A DNA stretch of 62,997 nucleotides, filler included, from Conidiobolus incongruus B7586 (GCA_000697335.1; 21 parts of 21 records of this genome joined end to end with filler, not necessarily neighbours in it), one strand, 5' to 3'; shown: positions 39,497-54,986, counted from the whole stretch's first letter. Notes: generated by a model from the sequence alone, not told the origin. Numbers and translations: made by a program.

Positions 39497-42400
39497 TTGG
39501 TTATTTATTGTGGCTATTAATGTAATTGGATAGCGTTGAATAATGATACAAGTAGTTAAAGACTGAAGAACTAGAAAGTGGTGACAAAGAAAAATAGTTG
39601 AACAAGTCTAAAGATGAATGAATAACTGTTGAAAAGGTTAACAGAATCGGATAGAATAAAGGAAGTGCAACTCGATCTAGATGAAAAAGTAGGAACTTTT
39701 AAAGAGCAGGGAAGAATAAGGGGGAGTCAATAACTTTTAGTAACTAAACGAGATTTGGTAAGTTATAAAAAATTCTTGTGAAATTCGATAGCATTAAATC
39801 ATTTATACTTCTTGTTTTCTCACCCTCCCCACCTTAAACATTTAATTTACTAATTTCTCTTTTGAGCCAAATTGCTTATAAATTAATTATAACAAGGGGT
39901 TTTCAGATCAAAATCCATTAGTCAATCAATTATCAAGAATCCTGCCTTTGTGATTAATATATGCTGCAATATTTGGTGAAGCACCCAGCAAATTAACTAA
40001 TCATATTTTACTTTTAAGTTTCTCACCAATTAAATAGCGCTTGGAGTTGAATAAAAGATTTTACTGTAGCCCTGACTTAATCAATTCTTTGAATTTGGAA
40101 TTTGTCGCCTAATTCTTTGGATCCTAACTCTTCTTATGACTCCCTCTCATTGGCTGATTGTTATAACTTTATTTAGAAAGAGATGATTTTCAATATTGCA
40201 GAGAAAATTCATCCACCAATCACTCTATCCTATTCCCTCACTTCTTTTCCTTTAACCTGAACAATTAATTTGAAACTTTTTTAGTTTGGAAATTGATTTT
40301 TTATAGTGGATATTTTTAATTATATTTTGAATGATTTTTTTTAATTAGGCGGATATTATTTCTCATATAATCAATAGGAATAAATTTAATTTAGCCCCTT
40401 ATTAATACTTATATTATTATTATTAACAAAGATCAGTTTTATATGTTTATATTTCACTAATAATTCAACAAGGTTAATATATTAAATTGATATATTAATT
40501 TATTTAAATGAAAGAGAAGAAATTAATAATTATAAAAATGTCAATCATATCTCTATTAAAATTAATAATTCTAATAAAAACAACTCCGTATTTGAGTAAT
40601 ATATATCTATCAATATCATTATTATTGAAACTATAAAATATTAAGTTCATTTTCCCCAGTCCTAACAGTTCATTCTCTCCACAAAATTTAAATTAAAAAA
40701 TATGGAACAATAATCGATTGAATAGCTGTATTAATCAATAGTTAGCGTGATTATCAGGATAAATTAATTATTATAAAATGTGATAATGTTTGAATGATTC
40801 ATTTGGTATGTTGAAATAATTGAATTTAGTCAATTTATACTATTTATATAATATTACTTTAAATAAATTTATACTATATAATTATTAATTTTTATTTAAT
40901 AAATATAATATATTTTATGTTTTAAAAATTTAATAATTTTGACCTTTTCCTCATAATTAATTAATTAATTAATTATAAATTTGATGATTTAATCGATTGA
41001 CAACTCCAATTAAAAATGATAACCAAAACAATATAAACTGGTAGAGTTAATTACTCTAATAATCATGATATACATATATAAAATAACAGTACTGATGAAT
41101 TAAAGTTGAAAAATCATATCTTTATTAAGTAAAAAGTATTCTAATATATATCTTAACTAAATTAAAACAGATAAATTTTATAAATTAAAAAAAATTGATT
41201 GATTGGGTAGTTCAATATTGCTAATAAAAGTAAACTAATTGTTGATCTGTGTTAAATCAAAGAGAGTAAAATTTAATGTAATATTAAATAGTGAAATAAA
41301 ATATTCCAAATTTTTAAGGTTAGTAAACAGGATATTTATTAATTTTACTTAGATATATTGGGTTAAATTTACAGGATGAAACATTTCATAATATAAAATA
41401 TATGTGATACGAATCAAAACATCTAAATTATATAGTTAGTTTGATTATTTTAGTTCTTGAATTATCATCCAATCGGTTAATCATTCTTATTCTTTATTAG
41501 ATTAAAATGGGATGTAATGCTTTTGTTCAAAAGTATTTGAATTATAAATATCAAATAAATTTTGATCTGATATAGCTTTAAATTGATTACAACTATATTT
41601 TATGATAAAAATTGGTATTAAAACATTGATAATTTTTATATAAACTTGGTAATATGTTTAATATCAATCTAGATTAACAATAATTATTAAATGATGCAAT
41701 ATAAAAATAGAAAAGTCAAAAAAATAATTGATTTGAAACCATATCAGATGGTATGTTTGCATAAATATTATTTTAAAACCTCATCCATACAACGAGTCAA
41801 TATCATAATGATAAGTGAAACCAATATAAATCAACATTCACTTTTACAAGTTGAGGTTACAATTTGTTGATTTATTGGATTAAGGTTTGATTAGTGTTAA
41901 CGTTTTAGTATTGCATATTCCTGATAGGTTGTACAGTAAAAGTTAAAAATTCCGATAACCTCGTTTGAACAATAATTCTAGAATATTTACTATTCTAAAT
42001 CTTTAACAGTTTTTTTTTCATTATCTTTGAAAATAAAAAAAAAAGATATTAAATTTCTCAAATTTATCTTAAATTTGACTTGTTTCAAAAATACATGAAT
42101 ATATCGAACAGTTCACTTTATTTATTGCTTTTTCCCAAATATTAGAGACTCAGAGTTTGGATTAAAGGTTCAATTGTCTTAATATAATTATTCTTCCATA
42201 AAATTAACTTTCTAGTCTTTTGAATTTTATGCATAATTTGCATTAAAATTCTCCTTATTTACAATTACTGACCAAATAATTTTAAAAAATAATATTGGTT
42301 AGTCAATTAGGGAATTTACCAATTTTAGATAATTCGGAATTCTTTTTATTTTTTAATTAATTACCTCAAAATATTAATATTAAAAACCTTATAATATTAA

Positions 42401-45079
42401 AAAATTTTAGTTAATGACTAAAATTTTAATATATTTTTTTGAGGATTTTGATTGACAGTTGTTTGTATTTAACAAAGGTTCTTAGGTTTTTTAATAATTC
42501 AATGTATTAAATTAATTTTAGTGTTATAAAATGAGATTAAAATTTAAAAAAGTAACTCATTAACTTTAAAATTCCTATAGAATTAAATAAAAATATTTGG
42601 TAAAAACTTATATTATTAGAGTTTTATAACAATTGAAAAGAATTGATTAATAGCATGATATTGAGTGTAAATAATAATTGTACCACTTTTCTCACATTCA
42701 GAAATCTCGGAATTAATTGAAAAAAAAAACTATTAATTTCAAATTTTCATTTCCACAAATAGTTTTAATACCTATATAATTGCTTTTTTGTTGCAAATCC
42801 TCTCAATATTTAAATACAAGTAAAATTATTAAATCCAAAAAATTTTGCATGATAATTTTGATTGTTGGAAATTAATGTGCATTTGATTGAGATTCTTTGA
42901 TTTTGTAGAAAATAGTATGCGGTGTTATACATTATCATTCTCCCATAATGACCATTGGGTATTTCCGTTTAACCCATGACCTTGGTTAGATTATCAGGTA
43001 TTAATTGCAATAATGGAAATAAATTATATTATACCTACATATTAATTAATTATATCATGTACATATATAATATGCATTGAATTTAATGGATTGTAGCGAT
43101 ATATTTCATCAATATATCACAATAATATCGATTCCATCCATTTTGATATTTTAATTGATAAATATTAGAATTTATGACATTTTTGTTATTCATAATTGGT
43201 ATATAAGAATCATGCTATCAAAGGTTAAAATTCAACAAATTTTTTTATAGTTTATATCTATTCCTTGGAAAAAGTATTCATAGTTTGTGTTATCAATAGC
43301 TAATTACGTTTTTTAGCTATAATATATTTCAATATATATCAATTTGTAATATTAATAATTATTTAAAATTGATGTCCCTTGATTAAATCCAATTGATTAA
43401 TTCTGATTATATTGTCTAAGGAATATATATAGAATATCTGGTAATGTCCTTCAATATATTTATAATTGCTCATCAAATATAATGCCAAAATCTGTTTGTG
43501 TATTGTTTCTGATGTCTTCAACATTATTGTGTATAAATAAATTGAATATTTTTATATGAATTAATATAATAATAGAACGAAATAATAATGGTTACAAGTT
43601 GTGATATTGAGAATAATGATTAAGACTTAAATTAATTGACTATAAAATTTTGAAACGAAATATTCCACTGAATTATTATTTATTTAGAATATAATTTGCA
43701 AATAATGCTTTTATATTATATTCATTATATATATCACTACAATTTCCAATAAATTAATCATTTTAAAATTGAACTATTTCAGCATTTTGATAAGTAAATA
43801 TCCTTTATTACCATGCAAAGCATTCCAAATATAACAACTTCACCGAAGTACTTCATCAAAAATATCTCTAACTTGAATTAATACCGATAGAATCATATTT
43901 TATCATTAAATGATGCAAGTTTTATTAAGTTTTTCAACAGTTTAAATCGATTCCAATTGCGGATAATCATACTAAATATTGGAAAATTTTTAGGATATTT
44001 GACAATCATCAAGTGAGAAAATGGTGCTTAATATAACTCTGTTGGGATTGTACTATACACGAGTATTGTCATAAGTGTGATTTTGCATCAGTGTTCAAAA
44101 CAGAGTATAATATAAATTTTATGAAATGGATTTGTGTAATTTTATAGATATAATATAGAAATATTGGTGATAATACTATATAAAAGCATGTCAATTTTGT
44201 CTTCAATATTATAATGAATAAATCATTTAAAAAAATTAAACCTCAAGTAAATTTTATAGACTATAAAACTTATCTATTCACTGATATGAATAAATCTAAT
44301 TATCCAATTATTGAACATTATTTAATTTTGTTTAGTAATTATCCACATCTACTTTGAAATTAATCAATACTTTCTTTAAATATATTTTTTAAAATTAAAT
44401 TTCGAAGTATTAATTGCATATAATTTTTTCAAACTCTAAGGATTCAGAATGAAAACATTTAATTAATCAATTTTACTTAATTGTTGATCTATAATAAATA
44501 CAAAATGCTCAATAATATTTTTGGAATTTGAATATTGATATTGTATTATTTTAATATTTTCAACTATCAGAATCTAATTAACATAACAATTAAGGTTTTT
44601 AATCAGGCTAAATTCTTAACTCTTATCAAGTCAATTTTATCCTTTTACTTTTATATTAAATCGACTAAAATTTAAATATTAAAAATTTATTCAATATAAA
44701 GCTAAATACTTAAACAACTCGAAGATACTATCAAATAGATATTTATTATAAAAAATCTTAACCTTATAATATTGTTAAACCTTACAATAGAAACAGAATT
44801 CGACAATATGATTTAAATAAAATCATTAAATTAATTGTTAAAGTGAAAATTAATCATTTCTTATGTTCGTTATATTATTTTTATTATGAATTCAATATCA
44901 AATAATCTTAATGATTCCAATAAAATTGAATGATTAATTATATCATCAAATTAATCATTAAATATATGAATTAGATTATCAATATAATATTATAAAATGA
45001 TTCACGTATTATAATAAAGAGGATTGATATGCTAACATAAGGTAGTATAAAAAATGATTAACAATAACCAAAGATTAAA

Positions 45080-45784
45080 TTATGAAGCCCAATCCTACAT
45101 ATCACTAGTTAACAATAATTGGGAATAGTTGGATTGATTTAAATTAATATTATGAATTTGGTTTTGGTGTCCGGATCCTGTATTAAATACATATAATAAG
45201 CATATATTGAATATAATCGAAAATTAAAATTAATTATCTGTATTGAATCATCGATTCCTTCATCATTTGCCATTAGATTAAATCCTAATTGTCTATGCAA
45301 ATGCAATTTTGAACTATAATTAAAATGATCAATAATAAATAATATTAGTTAAACCTACACGGTGGTGTCATCAGGCAAGTCACTCAAATTAATTTGAGAG
45401 TCCAAGGTATCAAACTCCTGTTGAAGCTGAATTTCCCCACTCAAGTTCTGGGCCAATTGGCCCAAATTCTCTTTAATTTTAATTTTTAGCTATATTACCG
45501 AAACATTAAAATTTTTGGAGAGTTGAGATTGGATCATATCGAATTCTTGAATTAGTTTTTCAGGTCGTGTTCAATTTCTAGTTAAAATAAATTTAATGTA
45601 ATTGTATTTATTAAGTTATATTATTTACCTTCGTAATCAGTGATTATTTTATCGCGATTTTCTCCTCTAATATTGTCAATTCCAAAAATAGCTGACTTGA
45701 TAGCATTAATCTCTTGAATATATATTTGAGAGTCTAATAGATTAATAATTGATTTACATATCCTTTTAATTTTGTTAATTCCAT
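45080..45784 (-). pseudogene. SPC24: Spc24 (NDC80 kinetochore complex) pseudogene, 4 exons
   Basis: Reconstructs to MELTKLKGYVNQL/NLLDSQIYIQEINAIK...coiled coil...LPDDTTVSKLHLHRQLGF...SIQIRSGHQNQIHNINL...YSQLLLTSDM*DWAS. Introns 45578-45628 and 45314-45358 are canonical. Lesions: frameshifts ~45745 and ~45556, TAG 45490-45492, no GT donor ~45233, TAG 45095-45097 at the conserved Trp. Confidence 0.65.
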
Positions 45785-45905
45785 TATATCATTTGAAATT
45801 AATTAATTAATTAATTATAAATGACATCAAATGTAATCAGAAAATATAAAATTTAATTTTAATTCAAACTCTTATGGGATAATTAAATCTGTATTTTAAA
45901 ATTAT

Positions 45906-47734
45906 TTATTCTTTAGAATTTTTAAAACTTTCAACATCAAATTCGGGAGCTAATTCAATTTCTTCCTTTGGAAAGAAAAATTCTAATAAAAATAGTATAA
46001 TGTAATCTAAAGCTACAAATAAACAATATAATTTCCCAGCAAACACTCCACTATTATAGTATCTAAATCAAAATTAATAACTTATTTTAATGATTATAGT
46101 TTACACCTCAATTACCTTTCGAATCGTTCATAGGTAGTAGGTTGAGGTGTAGATAATATATTATAGTATACCTAATTATTAAAAAAATATTAACAAAAAC
46201 ATTGTATTATAGTTTCAATAAAATTAGGCAACCTGTTCAGTTCTTTTAGCGACGTCTCTCCAAGAGTACATTGATTGAACTTTTTCATGTTGAGCAAATT
46301 CATCCATAGGAGGATCATTATTAATTATTTCTTCAATAGCAATACTTAAATTATCCAGCAATTCTAAAAAACATAAATCATTATACTTTGGATATTAATA
46401 ACAAATTAGATGTTTACCTTGTTCATCAGGGTTGGAAAATCTGATTAAATCAGGTGGTAAAACTTCAGGAATACCACCAACATTAGTACTAACTACTTTG
46501 AGTCTAAAAATTCAATTAATTTACTTCATCAATATAATAATTATAAAATATTCAACTCACCCACAACATGCAGCTTCTACAATGGCAATACAAAAGGCTT
46601 CTGTTAAACTTGTATTCAAAAAGATATGACCTTGAATGAGGGTATTTCGAACTTGAGAGGTTTTAACCACTCCCAACAATTTCACTCGATTCGTCAGTAA
46701 ATTCTTTTCTCTCATCTGCTCCAATTCCACCATCTTTTTACCATCTCCACCTATTAAAAATTTGACTTGAGGATATTTTTTGCAAATAGTAGGAATGATT
46801 GCGATGAGTAAGTCCATTCCCTTTCTCCAAACCAATCGACTTAGCACTACAACAGTTATTGCATCCTTCTCTCTCTTCGACGGATCTGGAATGAAGTGAC
46901 TCGGTACGACAGCATTGGGGATGACAGAAACAATTGAAGGATCCAAATTAGCTCTCAAAACTGTATTCTCTCTACTTTATTTCATATTATTAAAATACAT
47001 AAATAATGATAAAATATAAAATTACCAAGCGTGACTAACACAAATAACATGATCAATATCAGCCAAGCAAAAAGATAAAAATTTATTAAAAACTATACTA
47101 TTCGTATCATTAAAACCGAATAGGGAATGGTCCGTAAATAAAGTTTTCAATCCCAAAGTTCTTCCGTGAATAATACTTTCTAATCCAAGTTGAGCAAATG
47201 CCTATTATCATGTTTTAATATTATTTTTATATTAAATAAGTAAATAAATAAAAACTAAGTTACTTGATGAGCGTGAATAATTTGAATTTGCTCTCGAATG
47301 CAAATATCTCTAAAAATAGGGAAAATACCATACAAAGTAGGAAAAGTAGCTTGAGCATAAATAACAAAGTGAGGTAAATAATAAACTTTTATCCCGTTAG
47401 TAATATATCTCACACCCTTTCTATCACCATAGTTATGAGTAATAATAATAACCTAACCAATTTATTTTAATTTTGATATTATTGTATATTTAAATAAGTA
47501 TTTACTTTATGACCCAAATCAACAAATTGTAGAGCTAAATGATAAATATGAGATTCTACTCCTCCAACATTAGGATAGAAAAAATCTGAAACTAAACTAA
47601 TTAAAAATTATTCATTAGAAAATTAAAACTAATTATAAATATAAAAGCTAATAATTTATATTGAATATAAAGTTTATTATAAATCAAATTTATTGATTAT
47701 ATTATTACCATATATTTAACTTTTTCCTTTCCAT
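45906..47734 (-). CDS. SPT14: GPI GlcNAc transferase catalytic subunit (PIG-A/GPI3), 9 exons
   Basis: Exons 47734-47709, 47596-47506, 47452-47264, 47201-47026, 46974-46561, 46503-46418, 46363-46233, 46171-46116, 46062-45906, all GT-AG. Motifs [77 protein letters not shown]-terminal TM. Confidence 0.95.
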
Positions 47735-48344
47735 AGATTGTTTGAATATATTAAATTAATTTTTTGTTAATGTATAATTTATACTTTTTAAGAATTAATT
47801 AATTTTATATTAATATAAATTTATTATGGGATTATACAATTTTTTTTGTTATTAAATAATCATTATATATATATTATTCTTTTTCAATTATAATTTTCAT
47901 ATGTTTAAATAATATAAATATAATTGAATACAAAAAAAATTTTTGTAAATATTACTAAATTTAGAAATAAAAAAATATATTTTGAAAGAAATTGAAAAAA
48001 AAAATCATGAAAATAAAGTTAAAAACAAAATAAAAGAAATGTAATGTATTAAATGGGTTAAAGTTACATTTGTTAGAGTATTTAATGAACATATATATAT
48101 ATATTTAATTACATTTAGTAGAAATAATAAAATCAAAAATTTTAATTGAATATTGTTAAAATTAATTAGAAATAAATTTATGATGTATTTAATTAAGAGG
48201 ATTATAATGTTTCGATTTATTATTAAAGGAAAATAAATATATATAATTAAAATAAATAAAAAAATCTGAAAATAACCATTATAATAAAAATGATTAATAA
48301 TTATTTTTAGTAATAATTTATGTATTTGTAGTAATGAAGGGTGA

Positions 48345-49394
48345 TTATTTCTTATTCTTATCATTTTGACCAAATACTTTGTTTGATAGTTTGGCGGAAA
48401 TTTCTCTAGGTAAGGTGGGGAGGACAGCGGGATCCATGGTGGGGAAAGGGATTTTGGCATCTTTGGGGAATTTGTCAAATCCAACCTTCTTGACAGCGTC
48501 TCTTACTTTGATATATTGATCGTCGTGTCCGGGAACGGCTCCCTTGACGTAGATTAAATTGAGTTGGGTATCAATTTTGACAACTCTGAGGTTCAATGTG
48601 GTGGCATTTTCACCTCCCATTCTTCCAGGCATTTTTTTACCCTTGGGAACTTTACCTTCTCTGGCACCAGTGGAACCAATGGAACGATGGGTTAAAGAAA
48701 CACCATGAGAAGCTCTCAAACCACCGAAACCGTGACGCTTCATACCACCTTGGAAACCTTTACCAATAGTAGGGGCTGTGACATCAACATATTGACCAGG
48801 AACAAAGTGAGCAGCATTTAATACGGTGCCTAAAATATTAAATTAGCTTTTTTTTTCAAAATATATTAAAATAACCAAAACATACCTTTAGGAAGAACAG
48901 CATCGGGAGTAACTAAAAATTCAAAAACTTTATGCTTAGGGTTAACACCGTTAGCTTCAAAATGACCCAACAAAGGCTTTGTAACCTTATGAGGCCTCAT
49001 ATCTACACAGCCTAATTGCAAGGCGGTATACCCTTCATTTTCGGGAGTTTTGACATAAGTAACTTGACAATCTTTAACCTAAAAAAATTGATAAATAACC
49101 TGAAAAAAATATGTATTATGAAGGACAAATTACTTCTAAAACGGTACAAGGAACTTGATTACCCAACTCGTCCCAAACCAAAGTCATACCCTTTTTAAGG
49201 GCGATCAAACCGGTGCGCTTGGATTGTGGAGTCCATTCGGATTGAGGAATTGATTCAACCTTGATTAATTCAGGCTTAGGATCTTTAATGGATTGATAAT
49301 GGTAAAATCTATTAGCTCTTTGTAATAATAGTGGAGAACGACTGATAGGAGTAACTTGTAAACAACGGAATTGACTAACTAGAGAGCGTATCAT
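48345..49394 (-). CDS. MRPL9: Mitochondrial ribosomal protein uL3m, 3 exons
   Basis: Exons 49394-49134, 49078-48886, 48829-48345. R/S-rich presequence, [70 protein letters not shown]. Confidence 0.95.
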
Positions 49395-50429
49395 TTTATG
49401 TATGCTATTTATAGAGTAAAATATTTATTTTAAAATTAATTTTATTATTGAATAATTATATTTTTAATATTGAATTTAATACTCTATATTTTGTTAATAA
49501 AATTCAATTTATTATTAAAAAAATATTTAAATTAGATATGAATATTATTAAATTATGGGATATAATATCATTATACAATTCATTTTATACAACTATTTTT
49601 TTGAGAATTTCATATTGAATTTATCGAATATCTATTTTTTGATTTCAATATATTTTATATCATTTTATTTTTATAATATTGGTTTACATAATCAATTCGT
49701 ATTCTTATCTTTATTATTTAATAAGCCATTATTTATTTTTTCATTCAATTTTTAACTATACATTTTAATTAAAATATTAATTTTGAATCTAACTTAATTT
49801 ACATTGTAAATTATATATAATATTAAATTGGATGAGTAATAAAAATATTTTTGAAATTATTATTTACTATTACTAATCATATACTCTCTAATTTATAGAT
49901 ATTTAAAAAGTTTCCATTCAATGAAAATAGTAATTGAAAAAGGATAGTTTATTTTAATAAAAATTTCAAACTATTTTAATTTTATTAATGGCAAAAATAT
50001 TATTTTCAAATATTGTTTATTTGTAAGTTCTATTATTTGATATGGAACTCATGATTAGATAAATATTTCTCTTATAGTTTAAATATTTTATATAGAATTA
50101 TTTTAAAAAAATATCAATACCTCATTTTAGCATATATAATATTAAAGTTTATATTTTATCACAATTAATTCCTAATCTGGGCATGAGTATAATTTATATA
50201 AATCCATTATTTATTAGTTCAATGCTAATGAACTTTATAATTTTCAATAGTATATTAAAATGTAATAAATATTTCAAAATTTTAGAAATTAATTATAATA
50301 GTAAATATTCGAAATATAATATATAAGGGAAATAAGGAATAGATCATTGGCTAAATTAAAAAATGGCATAGATATTCATATTATATAAAGAGTATCATAT
50401 ACTTTAAGATTATCAAAAGCTATTATTTG

Positions 50430-50886
50430 GTAATTTAAATAATGTGAATGTTTGTGATTGAAAAAAATAAACATTTTAATATATAAAATATAAAAATAAG
50501 TATATAATATAAAATTAATAACTCCTTTTATTTCTAATAACTTTTTGCTATACTTTTGGCAAAGATCTAACACCTAAAAAACAGTTTTATTATTAAAAAC
50601 TAAAATTTGATATTTTATACACTAATTAAATTTTTTTATAAAAATTTTCTTCCTTGTAAGCTAATTTTTTAATTACCTAAAACAATTATAATCATATAGG
50701 TTATAATCTAGGGAATATATTAGATATGGTAGTTTTTTCAGTTATTTTCAATTAGAAATTTTTTATAACTTTAATTTTAAATATTATATAATTATTATAT
50801 AAAATAATAATTTAATTAAGTTTATTAATTAAAAATAATATTATTTTTTTAAATAATATAAATTTTACTTTTAATTGTTTTCTTTG
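50430..50886 (-). mobile_element. mariner subfamily C, 3' fragment
   Basis: Aligns with 32720-33170 (ctttttgctatacttttggcaaagatctaacacctaaaaa). Left boundary approximate. Confidence 0.8.
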
Positions 50887-50986
50887 NNNNNNNNNNNNNN
50901 NNNNNNNNNNNNNNNNNNNNNNNNNNNNNNTTAATTAATTAANNNNNNNNNNNNNNNNNNNNNNNNNNNNNNNNNNNNNNNNNNNN

Positions 50987-52460
50987 GAAATTATAATATA
51001 TAATTAAAGAATATTATTTGATTATAAATAAATATATTTAGATATATTTAGTAAATTATTAGCAAAAATATTAACCCTTAATATTTAACTAAGATGAGTT
51101 ATAAATTTGCAAGTTTTTGAGATAAAGGGATATATTTAACAATATATAACCATATCTTTTTTCTTTCTTTGTTATTATTTTATATAATATTTTACAAATA
51201 TATTAAATTTTTTTTATTAGTATTATTATACCTAAATCCCTCTCTAAAAAAATCTATTTATGTATTAATTAACTTTATAAAGAAGGTAAATCAACTTGTA
51301 ATATTGCTAGAATTACTAGTGTTAGTTAGTTTACTATAGTTAAAGCTATTAAGAATAATAATAAAAATACATTTAAACTTAAACTTAAGTATGTTAAAAT
51401 GATAAATGAATATAATGAAAAGTATATCTATAGGTTAGTTAATATAGGTAAATGTAATATTGTTGTAGAAATATAACAAGAACTCTAAAACTATTTAAAA
51501 ATATTAATTAACACTGATACTATTATATTTACTTTATATTAACATAGATACCACTTATACTTTAAGAAAAAACACCCCCAACTAAAGAAATCCTACTATA
51601 AAACTAGGTAAGAGTTTAAATATCATCATTAATATTAAAGTAAAATTAATTAAAGTAAAGTTATTTAGTTTAATAAAACAAAAATATATCTTAGTAAATT
51701 TGATAGAAAAGCTAGATATTTTAGAAAAGATACAAAACTACTTTGTGACCATCATATTAATTTTACCCAAAAGTACAATAGTGGGTTAATTATTATTTAA
51801 GGATATATATTATCTTTAGGTATAAAGTATCTTTATAAATTTAATAGGGGAATTAATATTAAGATATACTAAAATATTCTAAACAATAAATTGAAAAAAA
51901 TTATTAAATAATATAGGTTAAACAAATCTAATATTATTTTCTAGCAAGATAATACCTCTTGCTATATTATAACTTCTACTACCTAATAGCTTAAAAATAA
52001 AAAGATAATAGTTATAAAATAACCTCTTCAATCTTTTAACCTTAACCTAATTAAACACTTTTGGTGTTAGTTAAAAAAAGTTATTAAAGCTTTCCCATTA
52101 ACAAAAGATTTAGATCAACTTTAAGAATATATTTAAGAAGCATAAAACAAGCTTAACCCTTTTTAGTGTAAGAAGTTAATTGATTCTATATCCTACAAAC
52201 TTAAAGAAATTAGAAAAGCTAAAGGTGGATATATTAGGTTTTAATTTTTTTATTACCAAAAACCTATAAATTTATAACTCATTTTAGGTAAAATTTAAGT
52301 GTTTACATTTTAACCAATTAATAGCTAAATATCATCATATAATAATATATATTATTAATAAATATAATAAATTTTAATTATTTAAGTTTATTTTATTAAA
52401 TATTAATCAATTTATTAATAAAAATATAAGTGTTTTTGATTTTAAGACTTACTTATATTT
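50987..52460 (+). mobile_element. Tc1-type transposon (family A), degenerate
   Basis: Colinear with 28844-30408. Confidence 0.85.
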
Positions 52461-52610
52461 AAGTTAATTTTTAAATAAATTAAATAAAATTAAAATATAA
52501 AATATATTTANNNNNNNNNNNNNNNNNNNNNNNNNNNNNNNNNNNNNNNNNNNNTTAATTAATTAANNNNNNNNNNNNNNNNNNNNNNNNNNNNNNNNNN
52601 NNNNNNNNNN

Positions 52611-54094
52611 CTTATATTATTTATTTATAATTAAGTATATTTGATCCAATTATATTAAATTTTAGTTGATATATTAAAGTTTAAATTTTACCTAAGGTGA
52701 GTTATAAATTTGTGTGTTTTGGTTATGGAAAGCAAATTAAAACTTAGTATATCTATCTTTTGCTTTCCTAACTTCCTTAAGTTTATAGGGTATAGAGTCA
52801 ACTAACTTCTTATATTAAGAAAGATTAATTTTATTCTAAGCTTCTTGAATATATTCCCAAAGCTCATTTAAATTTTTTGCTGATGGGAAAGCTTTAGCTA
52901 CTTTTTTTAACTGATCCTAAAGATGTTTAATTAGATTAAAGTTAGAGGATTGAGGAAGCCACTTCATAACTGTTATTTTATTATTTTAAACCATTTTGTA
53001 GTAGAAATAATAGTATGGCAAAAGGTATTATCTTGTTGGAAAATAACATCTGATTTATTTAACCTATACCATTCAATAGTTTTTTTTTAATTTATTGTTT
53101 AGAATATTTTAATATATCTCAGCATTAATTCCCCTATTAACTTTATAAAGATACCTTACACTAAAAGATAATATACATCCTTAAACTATAATTGACCCAT
53201 TATTATATTTTTGGGTTGAAATAACATGATGGTTATAAAGTAGTTCTTTGTCTTTTCTGAAACATCTAGCTTTTCCATCAAATCCACTAAGGTATATTTT
53301 TGTTACATCAGATTAAATAACCTTACTCTAATTAGTTTCAGTTTAGCTTTAGTAGTGACATTTAAACTCTTGCCTAACCCTACAATGGGACTTCTTTAGT
53401 TGGGGGTGTTTTTTCTTAAGGTGTAAGCAATATCCATTATAATATAAAATATGTATAATAGTATTAATACTAACTAATATTATTATATTGTTTTGTAATT
53501 CTTTCTATACTTCTATAGCAATATTATATTTACTTATATTAACCAACCTATAAATATACCTTTCATCATATTTATCTATAATCCTAACACACCTAAGTTG
53601 AAATTTAAATATATCCTTACTATAATTTTTAACAGCCTTAGCTATAGTAGACTAGCTAGCACCAGTAATTCCAGCAATCTCATGAGTTGATTTACTTTCA
53701 CTATAGAGTTGATTAATATATAAATGAGTCTTTTTAAAGAGGGATTTAGGCATTTTAATACTAATATTATTTAAAATAATAATTTACAATAATAATATTA
53801 GTATAAATATATATAATTAAATAAAAAAAAAGATTGAAGTAATTTTTGTTTTATATACCCTTTTAACTCCTAAACCCATAAATTTATTACTCACCCTATT
53901 TAAAATTTAAGATTTAATATATTAACCAATAATATATTAAATATAATTAAATATAATTAAATATAACCTATTATAATCAGGTAATATACCTTAATTATAT
54001 ATTTTAATTTAAATTAATTTAGTTAAGAATTATTTAAGTTACAGGTAAATATATATGTGATTTTTATTTTATGACTCACTTTTGTGGGCTAGTG
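52611..54094 (-). mobile_element. Tc1-type transposon (family A variant), moderately mutated
   Basis: TIR atgactcacttttgtgggctagtg|TA at 54094. FQQDN, KWLPQSSNFNLIK and SDVTK motifs. Confidence 0.9.
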
Positions 54095-54403
54095 TATATA
54101 TATATAAATTTTGATATTATAACTTATTTTTATAAATAAATATAATATAACACAAATTAATATATATTTTGAAATAATTTTTTTATTTTTATTTTATATT
54201 ATTTAATTTTTTTTATTTATTATTTTATATTGTTAAATTTTTTTTATTTATTATTTAGGATTTTTTAATATTTTTTAAAATTATTTCCATTATTAGATTT
54301 ATTNNNNNNNNNNNNNNNNNNNNNNNNNNNNNNNNNNNNNNNNNNNNTTAATTAATTAANNNNNNNNNNNNNNNNNNNNNNNNNNNNNNNNNNNNNNNNN
54401 NNN

Positions 54404-54520
54404 TAATTCAAAACTATATATTATTTTATTTACTTATATATAATTTATTAATTGAAACTAATGATTTATTTGAAAAATCAGAAATTAAAAAACTTCCTAT
54501 TTTTAATTTTATTTTAATAA
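54404..54520 (-). mobile_element. mariner subfamily C left-end remnant
   Basis: tttgaaaaatcagaaattaaaaaacttcct matches 33946-33976. Confidence 0.55.
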
Positions 54521-54986
54521 ATAATAATTGCAAATTTATTCTTTTTTATTATATTATATTTAAAACTTTAATACAATAAAAAATAAATTCACTTATTTTT
54601 ACATTTATTATATTTAATAGAATATAATTGAAAGAATTATAATAAATAACAACAGAATTTCAATTATTCATTTTTGTGTATAAAATATTAAATAGAAAAA
54701 AATTAAAAATTTTTAAATTATCTTAAACTTAATAATAAGTATTAAAATATTAGCTAAAACCTTTAAGTAATTATAGAATAAGGACAACTTAGGATAATAT
54801 TAAATATTTTATTATGATTTAAATTTTAAATAATATTTTAAATCATCTAGCTAGATTAATATTAATGATAAAATAATGTATTAATTCAAGTTCAAAGTTG
54901 AATTCCAATGATTATATTGAAATTTATATTTAAAATGAAATAATTGGTTTTTTAGTGAGATTAAAATAGAGATTCAAAAATTAATA

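Noticed and set aside
42850..44400. Slightly GC-richer unique stretch that could be another dead gene
   Set aside because: I could not recover a consistent frame or recognisable motif by eye.
45383..45463. Palindromes ctcaaattaatttgag (45383-45398) and gggccaattggccc (45450-45463)
   Set aside because: They lie within the SPC24 reading frame and I found no further copies or other evidence of function.
48005..48484. 159-aa ORF and other I/L/F/N-rich ORFs (35678, 36985, 49555, 50376)
   Set aside because: Alternative frames running through AT-rich non-coding or TE DNA; hydrophobicity is a compositional artefact.
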